Positions 25,601 through 39,990 of a DNA stretch of 64,000 bases are shown here, in pieces. The notes beneath the pieces are model-generated. The model made no database searches. It was not told the origin of the DNA and saw nothing but the letters and a program-made list of their open reading frames with translations. The stretch is from positions 48,918,001 to 48,982,000 of the forward strand of contig NC_042997.1 in NCBI RefSeq assembly GCF_006345805.1. Reading direction: 5' to 3'. This DNA is from Octopus sinensis. Lineage: Eukaryota. The position numbers and the translations under genes are program-made. Every line of letters starts with the position of its first letter. The first letter of the stretch is position 1.

Positions 25601-26624
25601 AGGTTGAACCTTTAAATAGAATGGTTGAAGGCAAAATGATTCACAAGAAATGACTGCTGTTCTTTTTCTTACGCTGAGCATAAATGGTCTTCCGTCCATA
25701 ACTACCTCAGTTTATCTTCGGGTTTTTTTCTTAAAATATATGGTATTTAAGAATACATTAGTTATTGTGTGTTTCTTTTTATTTGAAGGGTGTGGTTTAA
25801 AGATTATTTCGCTGTCATCACGTCCAGTGACGGTTAAATCATACCCTATACCGCAGTGTATTCTGAGTGTCATAAAGGATATCTAGATGTACTTCAGATT
25901 CTGAAAATATGATTTACTGGTTTAGAAAATCCTTATTTATTCTAGGATGTCTAAAAAACGTTTAAGTCAAAATTTGTATTGCAGAAATATGATCAATATA
26001 ATAAAGTAAACAACAGCTCACAATATTTTGTTAAAACTGTTTAACTTTAAAACATTGCACCAATAAGCTTTTATATATAATCTTCAGTACGCCATAAAAT
26101 CAAAACATTTGAAAAAGACTGGCGTTGAGACCCCGTCGTTGACAGGATGGTTTCATCGAAGAAATTCGAAGACAGAATGGAAAAGGATTTCGTTCAAATA
26201 TCTCAGATCACTTGATCGTCTTATGGAACATGCTTCAGCTTATATGAAAGGCATCAGACCAGCCGAATGAACTCTAACGAACGCCGGAAGAGATACTCTT
26301 GAGGAGACATGCCTGAAGATGAACGTAGAAATAAGAATAAAGAGAGAATGAAAAGTACTGACAAAGACAACACTGGATAGGAGTGATGAACTGTACCGAA
26401 AGCAGCGACAGAAATGAACAGCTACGTAAGATGGTGTTGAGTTATGTGCATTGAAGCTTAAATCATTTCTAGAATGGGAAAGGAGACACGTAGTTCATAA
26501 ACAGTTTAATAAGGGAGTGTTTATAGAATGTAGGTTAGTAGAAAACTTGCTGATCTATAAATAGCCTATGAACAATTTTTCTCCTTACGAAACTGTAACG
26601 GAATAAAACTCATTAACATACTTA

Positions 26625-26940
26625 CTTCTTTTTTTTTCGCCCTTTTCAAGCCTAGCCAGGCTCATGGGCCCGGTTTCCCGGCTTCTGTGGCGTATGTGTT
26701 CCCCTCAGCTGGACGGGACGCCAGTCCATCGAAGCGTTACTCAAGAAAAAGGAAGAGAGAGTGAAAGAAAGTTATGGCGAAAGAGTACAACAGGGGTCGC
26801 CACCGACCCCTGCCGGAGCCTCGTAGAGCTTTTAGGTGTTTTCGCTCAATAAACACACACAACGCCCGGACTGGGAATCGAAACAGCGATCCTGCGACCG
26901 CAAGTCTGCTGCCCTAACCATTGGGCCATTGCGCCTCCAC
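26625..26940 (-). mobile_element. Young tRNA-derived SINE with V-domain-like core, A-rich tail and 10-bp TSD
   Basis: Head ggaggcgcaatggcccaatggttagggc...gtttcgattccc (A/B boxes); gatggactggcgtcccgtccag core; TSD aacatactta at 26615-26624 and 26941-26950. Confidence 0.9.
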
Positions 26941-29489
26941 AACATACTTATTTACTCTAATACAAATCTTTCATGATCTGGACACTGTTTTTGCTCTTTA
27001 AAACATCAAAGAGAAGATGTGTAGTTGTTTAAGTGATATAAGCAACGAAAACGCAGTTAGATGAGTGAAACTTGGGTAAATTGTAAATCTATAGAAGATG
27101 ATTTCTTCGCAACAGTACCTTTTTATATATGCATGGCATTTTTCTTCCGTTTCGTATATGAAGAAAGTTTAAAGAGCTGGGCGTAGAGCCAATTAAATAA
27201 TCACCTGTATATCATAGACTCTTATTTCATCAACTTCAAGAAGAAGAAAAACAAAACTTACTCGAGCAGGATTTGAAACAAGAATGTAGAAGATTGAAAT
27301 TGATATATTTTATGCTGTTTTTTATAGTTTACTACTGTTTTCTATGTTTCTATGTGTTTCTATACATAAGAAATTCAGTATATTTTAGCCAAGAAATGTT
27401 TTCAATGATTGCTGTTTACCACAGAAAAAAGTAATATTGTGCAATGTTTATCGTAACAAAATTATAGTCGAAATTACTCTTTATTCTCTATAACTACCCA
27501 TATACCAGTTACCTTAATAAATTTATATGTGTTAATGTGATATTGCTTGAGGTTTTTGACATAAAGTTATTTACATATCTTACATAAACCGATTTGGACA
27601 AATAGAAAAGCTACCTGTACATATTTGAAAACTACTTACATTTCTTTCTATACTTAATTTTTCTTGTTACTGTACACTGTTATATAGTTAGTTTCCTTCA
27701 TATTTATTTACTTATTCTGTTCCCTTTTGAGAGAAAAACTACCGCCTCCACCCCCATCCTGATGTAGTCGATCCGATAAACACCAGATAATCACCGATAA
27801 TTAGTTTATACAACGCCGTCGTCGATGTCGATATCATCTTCGTCATTGCTGTTACTGGTTTGCTGTTGTTTCTGTTGTTGCTGTTGTCTGGCTTTAAAAC
27901 AGGCCTAAAACAAAGCAGACCTGTGAAGCTTAATGTTAAATAGTGTATCTAAAACTACTGTAGTCACTGTTATTTCTTTTTGAAAACAGCCGAAGCAAGT
28001 TTGGGTAGGATATCACTGCTTCTTCTAACATATCAAGTAAGCATTTTATTCTCCATCGAAGGTTCTCTTTTCTCTTCGTACTTAAAACTTTTGTGGATAG
28101 AAAGGCGAAAGTTAAGGGACACAAAGATTCTCCACCAGAATTTTTCTTTATGCTTTATCTAAAATATAACTTTACTTGGTTTAAGCCTAGGTTTCCTTCT
28201 TTCCGATTTTAATAAATGGCTCTTGTCCTGTATTTTATGCTCTAGCATTTCTCTACAACCAACATTTATTTAACTCTTCGTAATTTGAGGAATTTTGTTG
28301 ATATCTCTGCACAAATCCTCATTTCTCGGATGCAGTTATGATAGTTATGTTTATGTTTATGTTTTCCAGTTTCAGCTCTTGAGCTGTGGCCATGCTGGGG
28401 CACCGCCATTGTTATATTCAAACTATTTTCAAATCTCCGTTGACTGAAACGATACACTGTTGTATAGCATCAATGTCGGGTACTATTAGTTGCATTTAGT
28501 TTCCAGGCATAATTTTCATATTGTGTGTGGGTTTCCCTTAATGACTATGTAATCTACGTATATGATGACATGTCTACAATTACCAAATGTCCTTATTGGT
28601 TCTCTTTTCAATCTCTCTTTCATTTTTTCGCAAGCGAACAGACGACGACACGCACAAAGAACAATTATGTGCATATTTTGATAGTTAAGTCATTGATAGA
28701 TGTAAGCCTCAAACTTTCTCCAACAGACTTAGATTTCTTGACATGATTTTGAAATATATTGAATAATTTAACGGTTTCCATAACGAAAAACGATGGCAAC
28801 ATAGTTCTACAACAAAAGCAATAACACAGTAACTCGTAAATTCACCAATAGCAGCGACGACAATCATAACAAACTATGACAAAATACGAAAAAAATCAAT
28901 ATAAAAGCGTTGGGAAATGCTCTCTTGAGGTGGCTATCTTATCATTTGAAAATCAAACATTAATACGTATTACCGACCAATTTATTTTCTCATTATTATA
29001 GCATTTTCTCTAGAGTAATTGAAAAAAGATCGATTATATATTACATAGATAATAATAGAATGTATAAACTGTATAATGTATAAGAAAAATGAATAATAGG
29101 ATAGAAGAAATATAAATGAGAATGTCCGCAGAAAATAAATTCATATGTCCGCTAATCATTCAATATGATTTTTGTGTCATTAACTGGCATATGACATTGA
29201 ATGAAAACCTATTTCAAACATAATGACGTCTTAGAGCTAGTCTTTTCATAACTTGACAGACTAAGTGAAAAAATAATAACCTTATTTATTTAAAAGAAGT
29301 AAGTGTGGATTTAGTATATTTTGCATCGAAAAGGAAAATAATTTACTTTTGACTATTTGATGTTTGATTCCCAGTATCGAGTCATTTCCTCTATATATCT
29401 CGGATTTTGTCTATATATTTCCAATTGTCTTGGAGTGTACTATGCTACTTACAAGGATGCATTTTTCTAGATCTTACGTGAATATTGTC

Positions 29490-29870
29490 TTGTGTGGCTA
29501 GAAGTTTGCTTCCCAACCACATGGTTCCGGGTTCAGTCCCACTGCGTGGCACATTGGACTAGTATCTTCTATTATATTCTCGGGCCAATCAAAGCCTTGT
29601 GAGTGGATTTGGTAGACGGAAACAGAAAGACACCTGTCGTGTGTGTGTGTGTGTGTGTGTGTTTTTTTATCTGTGTATGTTTCCCATCACCGCTTGACAA
29701 CTGGTGTCGGTGCATTTATAACTTAACGGTTCGGCAAAATACCGATGGAATAAGTACCAGGCTTTAAAAAATGATAAGTTCTGGGGGTCGATTGTTCGAC
29801 TACAATTCTTCAAGGTGGTGCCCCAGCATGGTCGCAGTCTAATGAATGAAACGAATAAACGATAAAGACA
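29490..29870 (+). mobile_element. CORE-like SINE
   Basis: cccaaccacatggttccgggttcagtcccactgcgtggcac...ccagcatggtcgcagtc. Confidence 0.9.
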
Positions 29871-30658
29871 AAAGAAAAAGATGTGCGCAAATATGGACGT
29901 ACGTATATAAGTTTGTTTAAATTTACGTAAATATATGCTAGTATATGTCCGCGTATTTGAATTTACTTAGTTGAAATGATTGTGTTAGATGCTGTGCGTG
30001 AATGATGCATCTGAAGACAACCAAAGAATAAGCCATCTGCAACAATATATAAATTTTATAATGCAAAAGGAAAGTTGGTGAACTTAAAGCCTGGAGTAAT
30101 TTTTAAAAATTTATAACTAATACGATAGCAGTCTCTCGCAGTCGGAGTAAGACGGTTCTGCAATTTTTTTCTGAACATCTTGCAGAACTGATATGTTTAT
30201 TGCGATCAAATCTTTGTACATTGTACATTAGCTCACTTTCTCCATCAAAGCGACGTTGCCTGAACAGGTACACGGTGTACCATGCATCAGGTGTCGAAAT
30301 GAGATGACGTGTTTTGTTCAAGAACATAATGTACCACGCGGCCCATGAATTGAAGCCAGGATATCGCCATCGTGAGTGCAACACCTTTGCCTTCATTTAA
30401 CGGCTAATATATTCCCAGCGTAAATATCTCCTCTTTGAACGTGTGTGTGTGTGTGTGTGTATGTGTGTGTGTGTGTGTGTGTATCTTCATATCCCTTACA
30501 TTAACAGTTTAACAAAGACACTTTCATTGAATGAGCATTTTCATTGAAAGTCGAATTAGATTGTAAGATCGACTAAATCCTTGAAGACAAAACGTCAGCA
30601 TACCTACATGCATTCTTATACATACATATACTTGTGCGCGCATGTGTTTGTGCGTATA

Positions 30659-30871
30659 CGGGATGATTGGGTGATTGAGGAGTAACACTCTATTTGGAAA
30701 TAGTTATAAATTATACATTATAATCTTTTCTTAAACTTTTTGTGTTTGATTTTTGAATTTTAAAAACCTCATGCTAAAATCTTTCCTCTTTACCTATTTT
30801 TTTGTAAAAATTACAATTAATAACTAATTTATAATTATTTTAAAATATGGAGTTACTTTTTAATCACCCTG
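30659..30871. mobile_element. Tc1/mariner-type MITE (~210 bp) at a TA site
   Basis: gggtgattgaggagtaac vs gagttactttttaatcaccctg inverted ends flanked by TA. Confidence 0.6.
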
Positions 30872-30889
30872 TATATATATATATATATA

Positions 30890-31022
30890 TTAAAATTCAC
30901 ACACAAGGTTTTGATCAGCCCGAGGCTATAGTTGAAAACATTTGACCAAGTTGCCACGCAGTGGGATTGAACCCGGAATCATGTGGTTGGGAAGCAAGCT
31001 ACTTACCACACCGCACGCCTGC
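30890..31022 (-). mobile_element. 5' part of CORE-like SINE
   Basis: Reverse complement of caggcgtgcggtgtggtaagtagcttgcttcccaaccacatg. Confidence 0.85.
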
Positions 31023-32600
31023 GTTTATGTATACAAATACATAGACATCCATGTTAAATACATGCAAATATGTATGTGTATGTGTGCAAGTATTTAGGAT
31101 GGATGTATATATGAATATATGTGCATATATGTATGTTGGAGGTAACTTTTTTAAACGTAGTATATTGTTTTACCGATAACATAATTATGTTCCACAGATT
31201 TTGCGTATTTTTGTTCGTATACTCGTATCCAACTCTTTTTATTTGTTAGGGACAATAAACTTCCCAAATTTATTTTTAACAACGTTTTCAAGCCATCGCA
31301 ACCCCATCTTCAGATACGGAATTGTGACAACCTCCCTTCTTTTCCTTTCTATAATGGGTGGTTCTACTTAACGCATAATTTAAAATCGGAACCTTGCTTA
31401 AGCAGATTTACAACCAGAATTTAGCTGTTAGAGCGATAGAGTTCCTCATTACTAGATTCATATTCTGCCCATTGAAATTTTATGATGTAGAATTCTAACC
31501 TTCTAACGCCAAATTCTGATTGTACAAACTACATAAGCAAAAGTCTTGCTGTAAACTCGGTATAAACAAATGACACACTATAAAACGGGGTATAACAGAA
31601 ACCAATACCACCCAATATCCTAAAGAAGGGGTTGACCTGGTTAACCTGGAAAGGTCGATAAACGAGAATTATGGGACTTTGTTGTTCTAAACAAGCTACA
31701 ATGTTTTGGTACACAGATACGAAGAAAAACAAAATAAAAACGATTAAATTAGAGGACAGTCGTGCTTTCAATGTGTGAGCGTGAGTGGGTTTCTCTCTCT
31801 TTCACTCACACTCTGTCTTCCTCTCTCTCCCTCTCTCACTCTCTGCCTTCCTCTCTCTCTCTCTCTCTCACTCACTTTGTCTTCCTCTCTCTCACTCTCA
31901 CACTCACTCTCTGTTTGCTTTTTTCTCCCTCACTCACTCTTTGTGTATGTGAGTGAATCTCTCCTCTCTCTCTCTCACTAACTCTCTCACCCTGTGTATG
32001 TGAGTGAGTCTCTCTCTTTACCTATTTATCTATCTCTCTCTCTCTATCTCTCTGCGTATATGTGTGTATAATTACTCCAATGTTTTCACCATTTTAGATA
32101 TTATATGACAGGCAAAATCCGTTACATCTCCGTTCACTGATCTGTTGCCGTTGCTATTGTCATATCCGTGGCTTCTGGATGTAAATCTACCAGCAGACAA
32201 CACAACAGTCCCTCTGAACATCTGTAGATATCTCTTAAGATTCCAGCGATGGACAAATCCAGCGTTGATCAAGTAAACAGCAGCAAAATAATATTGAGTT
32301 CCATATTCCCTTGAAACACAAAATGACAAAATATTAAGTAATACTCATGAAGTTATAACATTAAATCAATGCTTTGATATGCATGGGTATTAATATGTGA
32401 CGGCGTACGATGGAAATAACAAAGTGCCTTCATGTTGCTAAATGTTACTAAGCGCGATTGCGTTGACGTACATTTCTACATTCTTAGATAGATAGATTGA
32501 TAGTCCATAATTCGGGTTGACTGCTTTATTGAAAATACTCTATCTTTGTACCCTACCAGGACCTTGCATTACATATATATATATACGCACACACACATAT

Positions 32601-32650
<50 letters not shown>

Positions 32651-32655
<5 letters not shown>

Positions 32656-32984
32656 CCCCCTTCGGTCATGAGTGACCATGGTTTGCACCTAGAGAGTTTA
32701 CCCTCTGAGGCACAAGTCTGGGCAAGGTTGTTTTTATGGAAGACCAGTAGTCGCCCTGCATACCGGCCTCCCCTCTCCACACCCCACCATGTTATCAAAG
32801 GGAAAGACAAAGGTCGATACAGCTTGGCACCTGTGACGTCGCCAACTCATTTCTACAGCTGAGTGAACTGGAGCAACGTGAAATAAAGTGTCTTGCTCAA
32901 GAACACAACTCAGCCCGGTCCGGGATTCGAGCTCACAACCTCACGATCGTAAGCTCGACGCTCTAACCACTGAGCCATGCGCCT
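32651..32984 (-). mobile_element. Young tRNA-derived SINE (distinct family) inserted in (TA)n
   Basis: Head aggcgcatggctcagtggttagagcg...agctcgaatccc; core gtgttcttgagcaagacactttatttcac; (TA)n on both sides. Confidence 0.92.
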
Positions 32985-32994
32985 ATTATATATA

Positions 32995-33027
<33 letters not shown>

Positions 33028-33181
33028 CACGAAATAGAAAAATGGGACGAGAACCCAACATCCGGACAACTAGGTGATACAAAAAAGGACAAACAAAACA
33101 TCCAGATAGACGATACAAAAAACAGGAAGCTTTCTATCCTCAGTCAAGAACCAGATTCATCCTCGCAATTTCGGCTGATTA

Positions 33182-33274
<93 letters not shown>

Positions 33275-33300
33275 TATATTATATATATATATACACGTAT

Positions 33301-33867
33301 TTAATGATTTATCAGTGGCCACATACAAAAATACCAGAATGGTTAATTCATATTAAAATTATAAGAGTGTTGAATGATTACAACACTAGTCTGCTAGAAA
33401 TTGACCCCCAAATGGTCTATGAACCATTTAGATTATTACTGCACGACACAAGGTTGAAAGCGAGAATATTAGACAGTGAAAATTTATAACATATTTTGGA
33501 TAGTACCGTATCTATAGATTTCACGGTTTGAGTTATTAAAAACCGTTTCCAATTGTCAGTGGCAACATACCGAACGTAAATAAATGAAAAATACAATATA
33601 CATTTGGCCATAAGCGCAAATGATGTACATGCATTTCGCATTGAAATCCAAGCGCCTTTTTCAACTATGTGCTTATTTACTCGGAATAGTTCTGCTGCAA
33701 ATATGTTACAACCTTGTGTGGTGGAGTAATAATCTTAGTGGTTCATAGACCATTTGGGGTCTATTCCTAGCAGACTGGTTTTGTAATCATTTAACACCCT
33801 TATTATAATTTTAATATTAATTAACCATTATGGTATTTTTGAATGCAGGCGACAAATAAATCATTAA
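33301..33867. mobile_element. MITE with ~160-bp TIRs, TTAA at both ends
   Basis: ttaatgattt...aaatcattaa; ctagaaattgacccccaaatggtctatgaacc is mirrored by ggttcatagaccatttggggtctattcctag. Confidence 0.85.
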
Positions 33868-33924
33868 TTAATGACTTTATCCCAATTACGTATAGATATA
33901 TATATATATATTAATTCACTCCTA

Positions 33925-34271
33925 TAACATATTTGCTGCTGAAATATTCTGAGTAAATAAGCACATGGTTGAAATATGCGCTTGGATCTCAATTCGTGAA
34001 TACGTACGAAATGTATGTATATTATTTGCGCTTATGGCGGTATGTATAATGTATTTTTCATTTACGTCCGGTATGTTGCCACTGATGATCGGAAAGGGTT
34101 TTTAATAACTCAAACCGTGAAATTTATAGATAAGGTAATAAATCCTCGCTGTCTGTTTTCCTCGCTTACAACCTTGTGTGGTGGAGTAATAATCTAAATG
34201 GTTGATAGACCATTTGGGGGTCTATTTCTAGCAGACTGGTGTTGTAATCATTCAACACCCTTATTATAATT
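33925..34271. mobile_element. Second, inverted partial copy of the 33301-33867 MITE
   Basis: Reverse complement of ~33350-33705. Confidence 0.85.
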
Positions 34272-35417
34272 CATATATATATATATATTCATATATTTTC
34301 AGTCGGGGATCATTCTAACACAAGAAAGCTAAAAAACAGCCACGTGGATCCCGTTGATACCAGCAAGAAACAATAATGAACTTCTTTACTACACTCAACT
34401 TGAAATTTATAGCTATTATACCTACTACCGACAAAACATACCACATGGATTATATTGAGAACAGTAAGAAACAATCATGAACTCTTCTATTACACTTTAC
34501 TTTTTTAAATATTTTTGATAAGGTTCGTTTTTTCAAGAACCGAAACATGTAAAATTCATAAGAAAATTAAAATTGATATAATATAGTGGCGTTTTCAAAC
34601 TTCTTTTTTACAAATATATATATATATATATGTATATGTATGTATGTACACACACATACATACAACATACATACATAGATTTTTACGTTATAATCAACAA
34701 GGCAGAAACGGGCATCTATTATTCACACCACTGCTGCAGGAGAAAAATAAATAGTGATATTTTGGGATCATTGAATATGTACACTTCAGTTCAGCGTAAT
34801 ATATATAATAGGAAATGAATATTGTAGGTAAGATAGATTTCCAATTATGTATGATTTACGCAGACATAAAATGCACGCATTAAATGAATTGAAAATAGCA
34901 CCATTCCGTTTGACTTCACTATTGCAACTTACGTGTATGTATTTGTGTGTGTGGTTCTGTGTGTGTATATATGTGCGTGTGTGTGCGCGCACTCATATAT
35001 ATATGTGTGTGTATGTATGTATGTATGTATGTATGTATGTATGTATGTATGTATGTATGTATGTATGTATGCCTGCATGCATGCATGCATGTTTAGGATA
35101 TTCCGTCATCAGACACAAATAGGGAAAAATAGAGAAAAATCCTCTGTTGACGGAATATCCCATACTCGGCGATATCCTAGAAACAGCTGTAAGACTGGAT
35201 TTTTTGCCAATAATAATATTGCATTCGACTTGAGATGTTTGCCTTGCCTTAATGTTTGTTGTTCCCCTTTAACAATTATACATCTGCTGTATCGGAAATC
35301 TGCAGTTCCTCCATAACAACCGTCTCGGGTGTAACCTTGGGGCCCAATCAATCCGTTACAGCACTTACCTAGCGTACCTATTCGTTTAGATCACCTGTGA
35401 GATAAATCCTCATACTT

Positions 35418-35452
<35 letters not shown>

Positions 35453-35615
35453 TTAGGAGCCCTTAATTATATTTCTACATGAATATTTTTCCATATGAAT
35501 AATATTTTGTCTAATGACTAATTCGTCTTTTGGCTGGGCCACTGGTAGTAATCTATATTATTACCCTTTTGATTATATTCACACATATATATATATTATT
35601 ATATATATTATAATA

Positions 35616-35646
<31 letters not shown>

Positions 35647-36005
35647 AATATTCGCGGTTTGAAGGTGAGTTTGAACGAAGCTTACATAGGCATTGACTGA
35701 GTTGCTTACAGCACTAACACCCCCCCCCCCGCTTATTGAGATTAATTGGTTCACGTTCTAGATTCAGATACAGAGCATTTTATTTCCTCCATATTACATA
35801 TATATATATATATACATACATGCTTACATATACATATACCAGTGTGATATATTCGTTTATAATATGATTATACGCTCGCACAAGCACATGTACACACACG
35901 TACACACACGTAAATATGGAATATATTTATTTAATGTATTCTTGCAGATTTAGTATTATTAATATTATTATTATTATCATTATTATTATCATTATCATTC
36001 TATTA

Positions 36006-36036
<31 letters not shown>

Positions 36037-36299
36037 ATTTCGAAGAACGACAAAAAATAAAGGAAATCAGATAAAATATATTAATAAAATCATTATTTAT
36101 CAGGAATTATTATTATTATGTTCATTATTTTCATTTTTATGATCATTATTTACAGTCTTATTGCCGTTGTTGTTGTTGTTGTTGGTCTTGTTTATATTAA
36201 TATCGACTTCTGCGTTATTGTTGTTATTCGCTTCTCCTTTGTTCCGTTTTTTATTGTTGCGAAGCCATGTATTGAAGATGCATTCCTTTTCCTGGTTTA

Positions 36300-36422
36300 T
36301 AATATATAGAGGGTAATAATATATGTCAATGGTAGAATGACTTAACATACACACACAAACACACCGATATGCATATATATATACACACACACACATATAT
36401 ATATATACACACACATATCGGC

Positions 36423-36454
<32 letters not shown>

Positions 36455-36881
36455 TATATATATATCATATATGCATATTTATAAATATGTATAGTATACA
36501 TTCAAAATCATATATGCATATGTACGTGTATATGCACATATATGCGTGTACATAAACACAATTTTTTATATATGTGTGTGTGTGTATGTATGTATATGTA
36601 TTCATGTGCCTATATAAGTAGACATATATATATATATATATAATATCATATGCATATGCACATGCTCATGTATATATATATATATTTATATACATATAGG
36701 TATACGCATGTTTGTGTATATGCATGAATGTACATATATATACATATATATATATATATTATAAAGATATATACATAATATTTATAAATATATACATATG
36801 TACGTGGGTATGCATATTTATAAGTGTACATATGCGCATTATATGTACATATATATATATTTATGTGCCTATATATATATA

Positions 36882-36912
<31 letters not shown>

Positions 36913-37145
36913 GCATATATATAGAGAGAGTGAGAGACAGACAGACAGATAGATATATATATATATACAGATATATAGATATATATAAAGAGAGATAGAT
37001 AGATATAGATATACATAAATATATACATACATATATATACTTATATATACATACACGTATGCGCATGAATGTAAGTGTGTGTGTGCGCGCGCGCTTGTGT
37101 GTGTGTGTGTGTGTATGTGTGTGTCTGTGTGTGTGTGTGTGCTTA
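36300..37145. repeat. Degenerate (TA)/(CA)/(GATA) low-complexity tract
   Basis: Direct. Confidence 0.95.
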
Positions 37146-37914
37146 TCCTACCGCTTAATTGAATTTTAAACTAACGAATCCTTCCCTTTGCGATATATAT
37201 ATATAATGAAATGATAGCGAAACGAGGCCATGGATCTTTTTCTCATCATTCATTTTTGTTTTGCATGTTTTGTCTTCTTTCTGTGCTACTTTAAATATTT
37301 TATCTCTCAATACGGCTGTCTGTATCAATTCATAAGTATTTGTATGAATATGTGATGCGTTTCTCTCTCTCTTGTATGAGTGTTTTTTGCCTTTTCTTTC
37401 TGTCTGGTGGATGAGGTCAATAGCTGCTTTTGTATACTCATGTGAATAACTATGATAAATTGTTTAATTCTTTTGTGCTGTATGAGTTTTATGTTAGCAA
37501 ACGCCTACGCAAACGTACATGTATAGAAATATAAGACACTGGTTACAAAGTTTGGCACAAGACCAGCAATTTCGGGAGTGGGACAAATCGATTACTTCGA
37601 TCCAAGTGCTCGACTGGTACTTACTTTATCGACGCCGGGAGATTAAAATGCAAAGTTGACCTCGGTGGAGTTTGAACTTAGAACGTAAAGACGGACGAAA
37701 TGCTGCTAAGCATTTTGCCCTATGTGCTAACGATTCTGCCAACTCACCGCCTTATAGAAATACATTATATTGCCTATCACTTCAGGAACACGGCTTCGGG
37801 TTCAGTCCCTACGATTGGCCCCTTGGCCTACTGTCGTCTAATATAGATCAGGGCTGACCAATGCCTTGCGTGGGAACTTGATAGACGTTAACTGTGAGGA
37901 ATGTCATTGTATAT

Positions 37915-38030
<116 letters not shown>

Positions 38031-39160
38031 GTATATATGCATTTATATGTATATATATAGACATACGTATGTGTGTGTGTGTGTGTGTGTGCATATAAAT
38101 CCTATGAGGTTTGTATTTCTCCCAACACTACGCGTGACTACTAGAGTTGGCTTGCTAACGTCTATGTAACTTAAAAGATTAAGTACTGGGAAATAGTTGT
38201 ACGACTAAAACTGATATGAATTTTAGTTAAGAAATGGTCAAGAGCCATTTTATCATGAGTGTTCAGTTCATCGCTTAACTAAATTTCTAAGATCATGGAT
38301 ACAGCTTGTAACTGATTAAGTTCTACAGATCGACGTGTGCAATCCTCAAGTGGAATATGTGGCTAACCTTTGTATTATAGGTTCAATCTTTTAGATGGGC
38401 TTCTACATAGTTTCCGTCTACTTCACTTGGCCCACAAGTTAAGATTGATCTGAGGCTATACAAAATGGCGTTTGCATTGTTTACAAATGAAAATGAAGTA
38501 TTCATTATATAAAGTTGAATTTGTACAATCTATTAAATATCAGGTTTTCCTCAATTTCTAGATTCGTGATGCCGGTTTTTTCAAACGATTGAACTTGAGA
38601 AGCGGTGTAACAAAAAATAGGTAAAAATGTGTCTAACCACATCAAAATCTGTTTATCCGTAGAGATTTTATTCGTTACCAATAGAAAAATGTTAAAAATG
38701 CATCATACATTTATCTAGTCAATTTGATATTTTAATTTATTTAGACACAAAATGCATGAAATTTTCACGTATTCAATATCATATATGTAAAACACACAAA
38801 ATCAAGGCCATCATATATCGCATCATGAGATATTGAAATACTCCTGCTCTCGATACTAAGCTACATTAACAGTAGCTCCCTCCCTTGCTTTTGTGTGATT
38901 AAATACATGGTACTGAATACATGAACATACCATGTAATTTTGTATGCTAATAGAGGAATACTTCATATGTACTACGTATGACAACTGAAGATATTAATAT
39001 GTGGCGCATTTTCTGATTGCTTTTGGCAAGTGAACAAATCTGAAGCTCTAAAAATATTTCAACATATTTTCTAATATGTTTATTGTATATAAATTGTTTT
39101 ACACAGCGTTTCAAGAATCAAAATGGTAATTTTTCAAGAAGGTTCTCTTTATAATAATAC

Positions 39161-39202
<42 letters not shown>

Positions 39203-39224
39203 AATAATAATAATAATATAAACT

Positions 39225-39835
39225 ATGAGTTTCTTTGCCCTAGGAGTCGGGAAGACACTCGGCAAGAAATGGAAGCAAATTTGAAAGAAGAAAAAAAAAG
39301 TAATAATAATAGTAATAATAATAAGCAGAGATAATCACATGAACAGTAGACGAACTAAACAACTTAGAAAGAAAAACAAGGAAGTTGCTAACTAGATATG
39401 GGACACTCCACCCAAAAAGGACACAGACAGACTGTATGTACCAAGAAAAAGAGGGTAAGAGGACTTATTGGATGCGAACAAGCATTAGAGCACAAGAAAA
39501 CAACATAGCATGGTATGTAAAAAATGCCACAGAACCGCTATTATTAGAAATAAGGCTTGTATAGGATGAAAGATTGCAAAGATAAAGCACTGTACAAGAA
39601 ATTGAAAACGAATGAAACTGAAAATAGGTGGGTAAAGAAAAGAATGCATGGTCAATTTCATAGAGATGTTGAAGATAAGACAGACATAGAAAAAAAAGGC
39701 TGTGGGTGACTAAAAGTGATTTAAAACCAGAAACGGAGGCTCTAATTTGTGCTGCCCAAGAGCAAGCACTAAGAACAAAGTACATAAACAACGGAATAAA
39801 CAACACAGCAGAATTTAAACTCAAAACGTATAGAC
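39225..39835 (+). mobile_element. R4/Dong-like LINE fragment (post-RT region) next to (TAA)n
   Basis: Decayed translation RKTRKLLTRYGTLHPKKDTDRLYVPRK, KKRMHGQFHRDV, KSDLKPETEALICAAQEQALRTKY. Confidence 0.85.
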
Positions 39836-39914
39836 AGACAAAATATTTAGTAGCATTTAGTATGCCGTGCTAACAATTCTGCATGATCGCCACCTTTTGA
39901 TCGGCAGTTATTAC

Positions 39915-39990
<76 letters not shown>

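Noticed and set aside
26870-26940. tRNA genes (also 32920-32984)
   Set aside because: These are tRNA-derived SINE heads continuing into SINE bodies, without a complete cloverleaf
30103-30396. 97-aa minus-strand ORF
   Set aside because: No homology recognised and no clear exon boundaries
31277-31320. Minus-strand CTGAAGA...GAAAACGT hammerhead-like motif
   Set aside because: Stems I and II do not pair convincingly; at best a heavily decayed PLE end
31529-31771. 80-aa hydrophobic minus-strand ORF
   Set aside because: No recognisable domain or splice signals; hydrophobicity is expected from T-rich DNA
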